NCBI GenBank assembly: GCA_963711835.1
Contig: CAVQFQ010000001.1
Location: 1 to 15,925, forward strand
Direction of reading: 5' to 3'
Length of the DNA: 15,925 bases
Source of the DNA: an uncultured delta proteobacterium
Lineage (GTDB): Bacteria > Desulfobacterota > RBG-13-43-22
Shown piece after piece: positions 7,980 through 15,924 of the stretch. Each line of letters begins with the position of its first letter. Position 1 is the stretch's first letter. Below the pieces are notes generated by a model, which was not told where the DNA came from, made no database searches, and worked only from the letters and a program-made list of their open reading frames with translations. The translations under genes were made by a program, and so were the position numbers.

Positions 7980-8076
7980 TGGCGGAAGTGCATGGGAATC
8001 GAACCCACCTGCCGCCCTCTCAGACGGCACACCGGATTTGAAGTCCGGGAGCCCCACCAGTGAGCTTTCCACTTCC
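7980..8076 (-). tRNA. selC: tRNA-Sec (anticodon UCA)
   Basis: 97 nt: GGAAGTGG...CCGGA-CT-TCA-AA-TCCGG, long variable arm TGCCGTCT-GAGA-GGGCGGCA, T arm GTGGG-TTCGATT-CCCAT, 3' end CACTTCC-G-CCA. The GGAAG...CTTCCGCCA ends match bacterial selC. Confidence 0.96.
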
Positions 8077-8085
8077 GTTAGCCCA

Positions 8086-8114
8086 TGTATAACCGATCAG
8101 CTTAGGGGAGTCAA
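8086..8114 (-). promoter_or_regulatory. Candidate sigma70 promoter of selC
   Basis: Minus strand TTGACT (8109-8114), 17-nt spacer, TATACA (8086-8091), ending 9 nt upstream of the tRNA 5' end. Confidence 0.5.
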
Positions 8115-8188
8115 GTGCTTCGAGGGGTCTGAAGGTGGGGCTATGGGGTTAACGAGCCGGAAGCCCGGCCAAAGCGGTGGGATGAATT

Positions 8189-8848
8189 TTAGGACAGGGT
8201 GGATAGGAGTTCGTTGAAGAGACGGATGGCGGTCTGATCCATAACCGTTAACGATTCCCGATCCAGTCCGGCCCCTTCCACCACCCGTTCCCTCTGGGGG
8301 AGGGAGACGATATCCGCAGGAGAGTGGCTGTCCGAATTGAGGACCAGGGAGGCCCCGGCCTGCCGGGCCAGGCGGGCCACATGTCCGTTGGACAGGCTGT
8401 GGCCTTTGCGGGAGGTGATTTCCAGCAGGACCCCCTTTTTGGCGGCCAACTGCACCTCCGGCAGGGTTATAAGGCCCGGATGGGCCAGGACATGGACCCC
8501 GGCTTCGATGGCGGCCCGGTTGGTTCCCGGCTGGACCGGTTCGGCGATGGTTTCGCCATGGACCACGATCAATCGGGCTCCAAGTTCCCTGGCCCGCTGC
8601 GTAAGAGCGCCGATCGTTTCCGGGGGGACGTGGGTCAACTCAATGCCCGGTAGCATTTTAATGCTGCGATAGGTGTTTAATTCCCGGGCTACGGCTACCA
8701 GCCGGGGCACCACCAGGTCGATATTGGAAATATCGACGTGATCCGTAATGGCCCAATAGCGATAGCCCTGGACTTCCGCTCTTCTGATCAGTTCCGAGGG
8801 CAGCAGTGTTCCGTCACTAAAAAGGGAATGGCTGTGCAGATCGATCAT
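8189..8848 (-). CDS. PHP-domain metal-dependent phosphoesterase (histidinol-phosphatase-domain-like)
   Basis: 219 aa. PHP metal-binding motifs DLHSHS..SDG, ITDH, VVHGE, LAHPG and NSDSH. Confidence 0.9.
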   Translation of the reverse strand: MIDLHSHSLFSDGTLLPSELIRRAEVQGYRYWAITDHVDISNIDLVVPRLVAVARELNTYRSIKMLPGIELTHVPPETIGALTQRARELGARLIVVHGETIAEPVQPGTNRAAIEAGVHVLAHPGLITLPEVQLAAKKGVLLEITSRKGHSLSNGHVARLARQAGASLVLNSDSHSPADIVSLPQRERVVEGAGLDRESLTVMDQTAIRLFNELLSTLS

Positions 8849-9267
8849 TTTTTCAGGGTGGCCCTTTTTTCTCTGAATTTATAATAGGCCATTCCTCCCA
8901 ACCAGCCTCCTGTCCCGTCAGCCAGCACATCAGCCCAGGTGGCAAAACGGCCCGGGACAAACCACTGATGCAGTTCATCACTAAAGCCGTAGAGCAGGCT
9001 CAGGAGAAGGACCCAGCCTATTTTTTTATCGGTGCGGGGAAAGAGGCGGTACTCTTCCAGAACCCGGCTCAACAAGACGCCCAGAATCCCGTATTCCAAA
9101 AGGTGGTAGACCTTGTCGGAGGAGAAAAATTCCGGGGGATGCACCGGCCAGTCGGGTTGGGCCGAAAGATAAAAAATAAAGGCCCCGTATCCCAGAAGGG
9201 GAAAAAGAAAAAGCCACCATCGCCGCCAGGGATTTGAAAGGGATAGGAGTTCGGAAGGCCGGGCCAT
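8845..9267 (-). CDS. VanZ-family membrane protein
   Basis: 140 aa, hydrophobic. DKVYH..EYGILG and YGFSDELHQWFVPGR....DVLAD..G are the VanZ-like signature. Confidence 0.88.
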   Translation of the reverse strand: MARPSELLSLSNPWRRWWLFLFPLLGYGAFIFYLSAQPDWPVHPPEFFSSDKVYHLLEYGILGVLLSRVLEEYRLFPRTDKKIGWVLLLSLLYGFSDELHQWFVPGRFATWADVLADGTGGWLGGMAYYKFREKRATLKK

Positions 9268-9273
9268 AGGCGA

Positions 9274-9771
9274 CTACATTTTGTATTTTCCGAAATCATC
9301 CGGGTTCAGGGATTCCAGAAGTTCGGTCCATTTCTTGCCGGCTTCGGATTGAATTTCCTCCTTGTTGCCCAGATCTACGGCCTTTGATTTCTGCACCACC
9401 TGTTCCTCCACAAAGATGGGGGCTTGACTGCGTAAGGCCAGGGCAATGGCATCGCTGGGGCGGGCATCCATGGAAAACTCTTTGTTTTGGAAGACCAAAT
9501 ACAGCAAAGCAAAGAAGGTGTTGTCTTTTAGATCGCAAATTTCAATCTTGGCCAGTTTAATACCCAGGAGATCCATCAGATTTTTCATCAAGTCGTGGGT
9601 CATGGGTCTGGAAAATTTTACGTTTTCCAGTTCGCTGGCGATGGCTGTGGCCTCCAGGAGACCAATCCAGATGGGGACCGATTTGTCGCCCGCGACGTTT
9701 TTGAGAATCAAAATCGGGCTATTGGTTAAGGGGTCTATGGTTAACCCGGCCACTTTCATTTCAATTGCCAT
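9274..9771 (-). CDS. Bifunctional nuclease family protein (DUF151/BFN)
   Basis: 165 aa. Motifs PIWIG..EA.AI, RPMTHDL and DARPSDAIALALR; C-terminal DFGKYKM. Confidence 0.92.
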   Translation of the reverse strand: MAIEMKVAGLTIDPLTNSPILILKNVAGDKSVPIWIGLLEATAIASELENVKFSRPMTHDLMKNLMDLLGIKLAKIEICDLKDNTFFALLYLVFQNKEFSMDARPSDAIALALRSQAPIFVEEQVVQKSKAVDLGNKEEIQSEAGKKWTELLESLNPDDFGKYKM

Positions 9772-11116
9772 GAACCTTCTCCAATTCCATGTCCTTTAGC
9801 TGGGTGCTGCCTTTTAATGAGTGGAGGGTGGCTTTTTCAATTTTAACCGGCAGGGTCCGGCCCAATAATTCCGGGGGGCCGGAAAAATTGACGACTTTAT
9901 TGGTCCGGGTCCTTCCGGTCCATTCGAAGGGGGATTTCTTGCTGAAGCCGTCCACCAGAACGGATTGGATGGTCCCTTCCAGGGCCTTATTCCGGGCCAG
10001 GGTAACCTCCTTTTGAAAGGCCTGCAATTTTTTTAAGCGAAGGCTCTTTTCCTCGGCTTCCACCTGGTCCGGGAATAAGCGGGCCCGAGTCAGGGGACGA
10101 TCGGAATAGTTAAAAGAAAAAAGGTCGTCAAACCGAACCGCTTGGAGGAGTTCCAGGGTCTGTTCAAAATCCTTTCGGGTTTCACCGGGAAAGCCTACGA
10201 TCACATCGCTGGTGACGGCTATAGTCGGACAGTGTTCCCTTAGGGCCTGGATCTTCTCCAGATAAATCTCCCGGGTGTAATGCCGGTTCATTCTTCCCAG
10301 GATGGCATTGGATCCGGCCTGGACCGGAAGATGGATATGTTCGCAGAGTTTGGAGAGTTGCCCGAAGCAGGCCATCAACTCCTGAGAAAGATCTTTGGGA
10401 TGAGAGGTGGTAAAACGGATACGTTCCAGGCCTGAAATTTCTTCCAGGGTTGCCAGCAAGCGGGCGAAGGTCAGTTCTCCGGGCCTGTTTTGTCCATAGG
10501 AATTGACATTTTGGCCTAAAAGCAAGATTTCTTTTATCCCTTGATTGACCAGGGTTTTTACCTCTGAGAGGATTTCCCGGCTGGAACGGCTTTCTTCCCG
10601 GCCTCTGACAAAGGGCACGACACAATAAGTACAATAGTTATTGCAGCCCTGCATGATGGTGACGGAGGCCTTGACCGGGGGAAAGGGGACTTTCCGGGAA
10701 TCCGGCAGCACCGGATAGTTTAAAGGCTGGAGGAGGTCTGTCCTGGCCAAACGGATCCCGTCCCGCTCCACCCCCCGGATCATTTCCGGAAGGCTGGGAA
10801 TAAGTTTTGTTCCGAAGACCAGGTCCAGATAGGGCACCTTTTCCAACAGCTTTTCCCCTTCTTGCTGGGCTACACAACCTCCAACTCCTATGACCAGACG
10901 GGGGTTATTGGTTTTTAAACGTTTTAACCGGCCCAACAGGCTATAGGTTTTATCTTCGGCCTTTTGCCGGATGCTGCAGGTATTAACCAGGATCAAATCG
11001 GCCTGGTCGATTTGATCGGTCCATTCATAATCATACCCGGCCAGGATCTGGGCCATCATCCGGGAATCCTGGTCATTCATCTGGCAACCGAAGGTGGCGA
11101 TATGGACCTGTTTCAT
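9761..11116 (-). CDS. miaB: tRNA-2-methylthio-N6-dimethylallyladenosine synthase (radical SAM methylthiotransferase)
   Basis: 451 aa. N-terminal TFGCQMN and NTCSIR, radical SAM CNNYCTYC, RIRFTTSHP, HLPVQAGS, DVIVGFPGET, C-terminal TRAM domain (GRTRTNKVV). Confidence 0.95.
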   Translation of the reverse strand: MKQVHIATFGCQMNDQDSRMMAQILAGYDYEWTDQIDQADLILVNTCSIRQKAEDKTYSLLGRLKRLKTNNPRLVIGVGGCVAQQEGEKLLEKVPYLDLVFGTKLIPSLPEMIRGVERDGIRLARTDLLQPLNYPVLPDSRKVPFPPVKASVTIMQGCNNYCTYCVVPFVRGREESRSSREILSEVKTLVNQGIKEILLLGQNVNSYGQNRPGELTFARLLATLEEISGLERIRFTTSHPKDLSQELMACFGQLSKLCEHIHLPVQAGSNAILGRMNRHYTREIYLEKIQALREHCPTIAVTSDVIVGFPGETRKDFEQTLELLQAVRFDDLFSFNYSDRPLTRARLFPDQVEAEEKSLRLKKLQAFQKEVTLARNKALEGTIQSVLVDGFSKKSPFEWTGRTRTNKVVNFSGPPELLGRTLPVKIEKATLHSLKGSTQLKDMELEKVHGN

Positions 11117-11223
11117 TGACGCTACGTGGGAACCCTTTCAGACGTAAGGGGTGCGGAATAGTTTTCGATTAAGAGACCCTTAAGAAGATTGAACCCGTAA
11201 CCTTTGTGACCGCGTATATCGGG

Positions 11224-11252
11224 ATGATAGTTGCTTTCACCTGAAAATTCAA
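11224..11252 (-). promoter_or_regulatory. Candidate sigma70 promoter of the miaB operon
   Basis: Minus strand TTGAAT (11247-11252), 17-nt spacer, TATCAT (11224-11229), about 100 nt upstream of miaB. Confidence 0.55.
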
Positions 11253-11413
11253 GTGGAAAAAGGAAAACTAAAATTTGCTTGACTTCTGATCCGGAAGGAC
11301 TAATAGGGTATGAAAAAGGTTGAGTTCCGGCCTTCCCTCATATTTGCCTTGAGGATTTCCTGATAGTCAGAGGACCGGGCAGGGATCTTCAACAGAACGG
11401 TATCGGCAGGAAA

Positions 11414-12088
11414 ATGATCCCTCTTAAAGACGACAATCCCATCCAAATTTTTCCCTTGATGACTATAGGGATTATTACGCTCAACCTCCTGATCTTTCTC
11501 TACCAGCTTTCTCTATCACCGGAAGGACGGTCAAGCTCTGCTGTTTCGTTATGGGGCGGTCCCGTTTTTGATGCCCCTTTATCCCTTGATTCCCATGAAA
11601 CGCTCAATCTCCGGCGCTTCCAGCCGCCTTGACGTATTTTCAGCGCCATGTTCATGCACGGCGGATTCCTGCATCTTCTCGGGAATATGCTCTATCTCTG
11701 GGTATTCGGCAATAATATCGAAGACACCTTGGGTCATTCCCGGTTTCTCATTTTTTATCTGGTATGCGGATTTTTTGCCGCTTTTTTACACACCCTTTCG
11801 GATATGAACTCCACCATCCCCATGATCGGCGCCAGCGGGGCCATTGCAGGCGTTTTAGGGGCTTACATTTTGCTCTTCCCTAGGGCCAATGTCTCCACTT
11901 TGTTTATTTTTATAATTTTTATCAAAGTCATCAAGGTCCCGGCGGTCCTCATCCTGGGTTTATGGTTTCTAATCCAGCTCCTGAATGCCGGGACGGAGGG
12001 GGGATCCATCGCCTGGTATGCCCATGTGGGGGGATTTTTGACCGGCCTTATCCTGGTGCGATTTTTTAAGCCGGTCGGCAGAAGGTAA
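11414..12088 (+). pseudogene. Rhomboid-family intramembrane serine protease, frameshifted as given (probably an artefact)
   Basis: N-terminus MIPLKDDNP, SAMFMHGGFLHLLGNMLYLWVFGNNIED, catalytic GASGA and AHVGGF. The segment 11531-11635 reads best in shifted frames (LLFRYGAVP, then PAALT), implying at least three +1 shifts. Confidence 0.82.
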
Positions 12089-12099
12089 CGGCACCCGAT

Positions 12100-12552
12100 C
12101 TATTTTTTTCTGTCGGCCACTGCTTGGATTTCAATCTTTTTGATTTTTTCGATGGGGATCTGATAGGTCCCCGCCCGCAGCCGGCCATAAGAGAGAATTC
12201 CCCTTTCCAACTGCATATTCATCTGGGTCTGGTCGGCCATATCAACCCGGGCCCCTAATGTTTTGCCTTCCTGGAAGAAGGTGATCACCCGAATCTGATT
12301 GAAAGGGACGGCCACTTTACCGGCCCCCAATCTTCCGGACAGAAAGGTCCGGCCGTCCAGACTGAATTGGGTCAGGGATAAACTCAGCCCTTCGATGTCG
12401 GTCAGGATAACGGTAATCTCCTTGTCCGGCAGGGGAATCTCCTCCGGGTTTCCCGAGGGGTCCAATTTGCCCATGGCCATGACTAATAAAGCGAAACTAA
12501 CGGCTAGAACCGTTAGGAGAAAGCGTCCTTTTGGGTTTCGGATAGGTCTCAT
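12100..12552 (-). CDS. Hypothetical exported or membrane-anchored beta-rich protein with an internal two-fold repeat (alternative start 12564)
   Basis: ORF directly follows nadK. Basic N-terminus plus a hydrophobic stretch (FLLTVLAVSFALLVMAMG). No recognised family motif. Confidence 0.75.
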   Translation of the reverse strand: MRPIRNPKGRFLLTVLAVSFALLVMAMGKLDPSGNPEEIPLPDKEITVILTDIEGLSLSLTQFSLDGRTFLSGRLGAGKVAVPFNQIRVITFFQEGKTLGARVDMADQTQMNMQLERGILSYGRLRAGTYQIPIEKIKKIEIQAVADRKK

Positions 12553-12554
12553 GG

Positions 12555-13385
12555 TCAGCCCCATTTTAGTTTGGTTCGAAGTATTTCAAAATAATTTTTA
12601 AAGGGTGATTTGATCAACCGGAGGGAGTCGGCCGTCTTTTTAACCCGGATGACATCCCCGCCCTCCAAAGGATAGCCGACTTGCCCGTCAAATGTCAACC
12701 AGACATCCCGGGCCTTGGATCCGAGGCGGATATCGATGACGACGTTATCCTGGACGATGATCGGTCGATTGGTCAAGGCAAAAGGACAGATGGGGGTTAT
12801 GATAATGGTCTCCAGGGCCGGGTGCAGGATAGGTCCTCCGGCGGCCAGGTTATAGGCCGTCGAGCCGGTTGGTGTGGCGACAATGAGCCCATCGCCGCGG
12901 TAGGAGGTCAGGAATTGGGTGTTGATGCTGGTCTCCAGATCGATGATGCGGGCCAAGGCCCCTTTGTTGATAACGACATCATTCAGAAAGGGGGTTGAAG
13001 GGCGGGCTTCGCCCTTTCGAATGATCTCGGCGGCCAACATCATGCGGGGTTCGGTTTGAAAATCACCGGCCAAGATTTTTTCAAAAAGGGGGGGGAACTC
13101 TTCCCTGGCGATTTCGGTCAGGAACCCCAGACCGCCTAAGTTGACCCCCAAAACCGGAGCCCCCTGGTCTCCGTAAAAACGGGCGGCCTTCAGGAGGGTT
13201 CCATCCCCTCCTAAAACGATCACCAAATCCAAGGGTCCCCCAGGGGTTTCTATCCGCCGGGGCTCCTCTTCTTGTTGATCCCAAAAAACCTGGAGACCCT
13301 TTTCTTCCTCGATCCAGGCTTTAATTTTTTGGGCTTCCTGGCAGGCATAGGGATTATTTTTAACGACCAATCGGATTTTTTTCAC
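12555..13385 (-). CDS. nadK: NAD(+) kinase
   Basis: 276 aa, GTG start. Motifs LGGDGT, GVNLGGLGFL, LNDVV and DGLIVATPTGSTAYNLAAGGP. Confidence 0.96.
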   Translation of the reverse strand: MKKIRLVVKNNPYACQEAQKIKAWIEEEKGLQVFWDQQEEEPRRIETPGGPLDLVIVLGGDGTLLKAARFYGDQGAPVLGVNLGGLGFLTEIAREEFPPLFEKILAGDFQTEPRMMLAAEIIRKGEARPSTPFLNDVVINKGALARIIDLETSINTQFLTSYRGDGLIVATPTGSTAYNLAAGGPILHPALETIIITPICPFALTNRPIIVQDNVVIDIRLGSKARDVWLTFDGQVGYPLEGGDVIRVKKTADSLRLIKSPFKNYFEILRTKLKWG

Positions 13386-13386
13386 C

Positions 13387-14751
13387 TTACTCTCCGTTAT
13401 CCTCTTTTAAGCCGTAGGCTTTGATCTTCTTATGAAGATGACTGCGTTCGATACCCAGGAGCGCAGCCGTCTGGCTGATATTGCCCTGGTTTTCCTGGAG
13501 TTTGCAGACGATGAAATCCCTTTCAAACCGGTTCTTGGCCTCTTTAAGCAGTGATAAGTCATAGGCACTGAGTCGGGTCTCTTCCGGCTTCTTGGTGAGA
13601 GGGGAGGGGAGGTCGGCCGTCCTGATCTCAGGCCCGGGAGTCAATATCACCAGGCGTTCAATTAAATTTTTCAGTTCCCGGATATTGCCCGGCCAATCGT
13701 AGTCGATGAAAAAGGGATAAGTCTCCGGGGTTATGTTTTTTTTCTCGGTATTGGTCTTTAGGGCGTATTCCTTGAGAAATTCTTCAACCAGATCCGGCAG
13801 ATCCTCTTTGCGTTCCCGTAAAGGAGGGACTTCCAGGGGAATGACGTTGAGACGGTAATAGAGGTCCTCCCGAAAGGTCCCGCGGGTGATCTCCTGCTCC
13901 AGATCTTTGTTGGTGGCGGCCACCACCCGGACGTCGACTTGGATCGTCTTGGTCCCTCCCACCCTTTCGAATTTTTGTTCCTGGAGTATCCTCAAAATTT
14001 TGGCCTGGGTTTTGAGGCTCATATCGCCTATTTCATCCAGGAAAAGGGTCCCCTCATGGGCCAGATCAAATTTTCCTTTTTTGGGGGTGGTCGCCCCGGT
14101 GAAGGCCCCTTTTTCATGACCGAAGAGTTCACTTTCAATTAATTCTTCCGGAATGGCGGCGCAGTTGACTTCGACGAAAGGCTTCGTCCGCCTTTTACTC
14201 AGGCGATGGATGGAATGAGCCACCAGCTCTTTGCCGGTGCCGTTCTCTCCCCGGATCAGGACCCAGGCACTGGTCGGGGCAACGATCTCGATCTGCCGTC
14301 GCAGGTTGGAAATACTTTCTCCCTGACCGGTTAGTTGGTAACGGGACTCTTCCTTTTGCCGTAAAAAAACATTCTCTTCTTCCAGCCGGCTATAGGCGAT
14401 GGCCTTTTGAACGGCCACGGTAAGGCGCTCCCATGAAAGGGGTTTTTCAATAAAATCAAAAGCCCCCAGTTTAGTAGCCTTGACGGCCGTTTCGATGGTG
14501 CCATGGCCGGAGATCATGATCACCGGCAGATCCGGGTGATTATTTTTAATCTGACCCAGGACCTCCATGCCGTTTATTCCTGGAAGCCAGATATCCAGGA
14601 GCACCAGATCGGGCAGGTCCTCCTCGATCCCTTTCAGGGCTTCCTGACCGTCCCTGGCTTCGGCGACCTCATAGCCCTCGTCGGCCAAAATCGAATGGAC
14701 GGTTTTCAAGATCTCCGGTTCGTCGTCTACGATTAGAATTGTTTTTCCCAT
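13387..14751 (-). CDS. ntrX: Sigma54-dependent response regulator, NtrX-like (receiver, AAA+, Fis-type HTH)
   Basis: 454 aa. Receiver motifs ILIVDDE and LLDIWLPG, Walker A GENGTGKE, ELFGHEKGAFTGA, FLDEIGDM, WPGNIREL, C-terminal HTH. Paired with an NtrY-like kinase. Confidence 0.85.
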   Translation of the reverse strand: MGKTILIVDDEPEILKTVHSILADEGYEVAEARDGQEALKGIEEDLPDLVLLDIWLPGINGMEVLGQIKNNHPDLPVIMISGHGTIETAVKATKLGAFDFIEKPLSWERLTVAVQKAIAYSRLEEENVFLRQKEESRYQLTGQGESISNLRRQIEIVAPTSAWVLIRGENGTGKELVAHSIHRLSKRRTKPFVEVNCAAIPEELIESELFGHEKGAFTGATTPKKGKFDLAHEGTLFLDEIGDMSLKTQAKILRILQEQKFERVGGTKTIQVDVRVVAATNKDLEQEITRGTFREDLYYRLNVIPLEVPPLRERKEDLPDLVEEFLKEYALKTNTEKKNITPETYPFFIDYDWPGNIRELKNLIERLVILTPGPEIRTADLPSPLTKKPEETRLSAYDLSLLKEAKNRFERDFIVCKLQENQGNISQTAALLGIERSHLHKKIKAYGLKEDNGE

Positions 14752-14805
14752 GGAATTCCTTCAGGTCTACCCCCCGGGAATTAAGAACCGCCTGGCTTTT
14801 TTATC

Positions 14806-15924
14806 TCATGCCTCCAAAGGAAGTTCAATGATAAAAATGGTCCCCTGGGGGTGGTTGCTCTTGACCCGGATATGCCCGTGATGATCCGAAATGATGGAAC
14901 TGGCAATGGTCAGACCCAAACCCGTTCCGCCCTTTTTGGTGGAAAAATAGGGTTCAAAAAGCCGATCCCGGTCTTTGGGTGGAATCCCGGTCCCGGTATC
15001 GGCTACCTGAATCCGGGCCATTCTCAGTAAAGGGAAATACCGGGTCTCGACCCCGATGGTGCCGGTTTTTTCAATGGCCGCTACGGCATTGTCCAAAAGA
15101 TTGATCATGACCCTTTTGATTTGCTCCCGATCCAGAGGAAAAGGAGGTAGTTCCCGATCCAACTCAAGGGGAAAGTCGATCTCCTTGTGGCTTCCCTGGT
15201 ATAATACCAGGACCTCCTGGAGGATCAGGTTAAGGTCGTTGAGCGATAGGCTGATCGAAGGCAGGCGGGCAAAGGCCGAAAATTCATTGACCAGCCGGAT
15301 CAGTTCGTCGACCTGATTGATAATGGTCTGGGTGGACTCTTCAAGGATCCCTTTGGCCTTTTTATCGGGCAGGGCATCCGAATATTTGATTCGTAAGCGC
15401 TGGGCGGATAATTTGATGGGGGTAAGCGGGTTTTTAATTTCATGGGCTAGGCGGCGGGCCACCTCTTTCCAGGCGGCCACCTTTTGAACTTTTTCTATCT
15501 CCGTCAGATCGTCGAAGACCAGCACCATCCCCAGATTTTTCCCCTCCTCATCCCGGAGTTGGGTCATCTTCAAGAGGAGGGTCAGGGTTCGATCCGGGAG
15601 GGGGACCTGGAGGGAGCGCTCCAGGGTCCCTTTTTTGATTAGGTCCATGTTGGCCAGGAGGTCCTGGAGAAGGAGTTTATGCTCGGGAAGGAGCACTTCC
15701 TGATAGCGGCGGCCCAACACCTTTTCCGATTTGATCTGAAGCATTTCCTGGGCGGCGTGGTTGATGGTGCTTAGTCGTCCCTGGGCATCGACCGAAATGA
15801 CCCCGGTGCCGATATTGGTCAGGACGATCTCCATATAATTCCGCCGCCGGTTGATTTCGTCGTTGCTCTTTCGGATTTCTTCGGTGGTCCGCTCGATTTC
15901 TTCCCGGCCTTTCTTCAGGTCCGC
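14806..15924 (-). CDS. ntrY: PAS-domain sensor histidine kinase, NtrY-like (5'-truncated by the window edge)
   Basis: The frame stays open to the window end (ADLKKGREEIE...NYMEIVL). PAS region, H-box AAWKEVARRLAHEIKNPLTPI.LSA.RL typical of NtrY, and N/G1/F/G2 boxes (NLLDNA, DTGTGI, FEPYFSTK, GTGLGL). Confidence 0.85.
   Translation of the reverse strand, partial: ADLKKGREEIERTTEEIRKSNDEINRRRNYMEIVLTNIGTGVISVDAQGRLSTINHAAQEMLQIKSEKVLGRRYQEVLLPEHKLLLQDLLANMDLIKKGTLERSLQVPLPDRTLTLLLKMTQLRDEEGKNLGMVLVFDDLTEIEKVQKVAAWKEVARRLAHEIKNPLTPIKLSAQRLRIKYSDALPDKKAKGILEESTQTIINQVDELIRLVNEFSAFARLPSISLSLNDLNLILQEVLVLYQGSHKEIDFPLELDRELPPFPLDREQIKRVMINLLDNAVAAIEKTGTIGVETRYFPLLRMARIQVADTGTGIPPKDRDRLFEPYFSTKKGGTGLGLTIASSIISDHHGHIRVKSNHPQGTIFIIELPLEA

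Larger units (their letters stand above)
7246..8046. mobile_element. Minimal selC-integrated island (667-bp cargo between 67-bp att-like repeats) with no integrase
   Basis: Intact tRNA at one end, duplicated tRNA 3' fragment at the other. Cargo is a two-gene TA-like pair plus a REP hairpin. Confidence 0.75.

Noticed and set aside
7246-8046. CRISPR array suggested by direct repeats
   Set aside because: Only two copies, 67 bp long, tRNA-derived, separated by 667 bp of coding sequence, with no cas genes.
7941-8072. N-terminal extension of the 158-aa ORF (7596..8072)
   Set aside because: It runs through the tRNA-Sec gene. The ATG at 7940 has a GGAGG RBS and begins the HicB-like domain.
11279-11306. 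Plus-strand promoter for the rhomboid gene (TTGACT at 11279-11284)
   Set aside because: No convincing -10 hexamer at 16-18 nt spacing.
11630-11632. Selenocysteine read-through of an in-frame TGA in the rhomboid gene (tempting because selC is nearby)
   Set aside because: The preceding ~100 bp match the family in other frames, so the TGA is a by-product of compensating frameshifts. It is not at a catalytic Cys-equivalent position, and I see no convincing SECIS hairpin.
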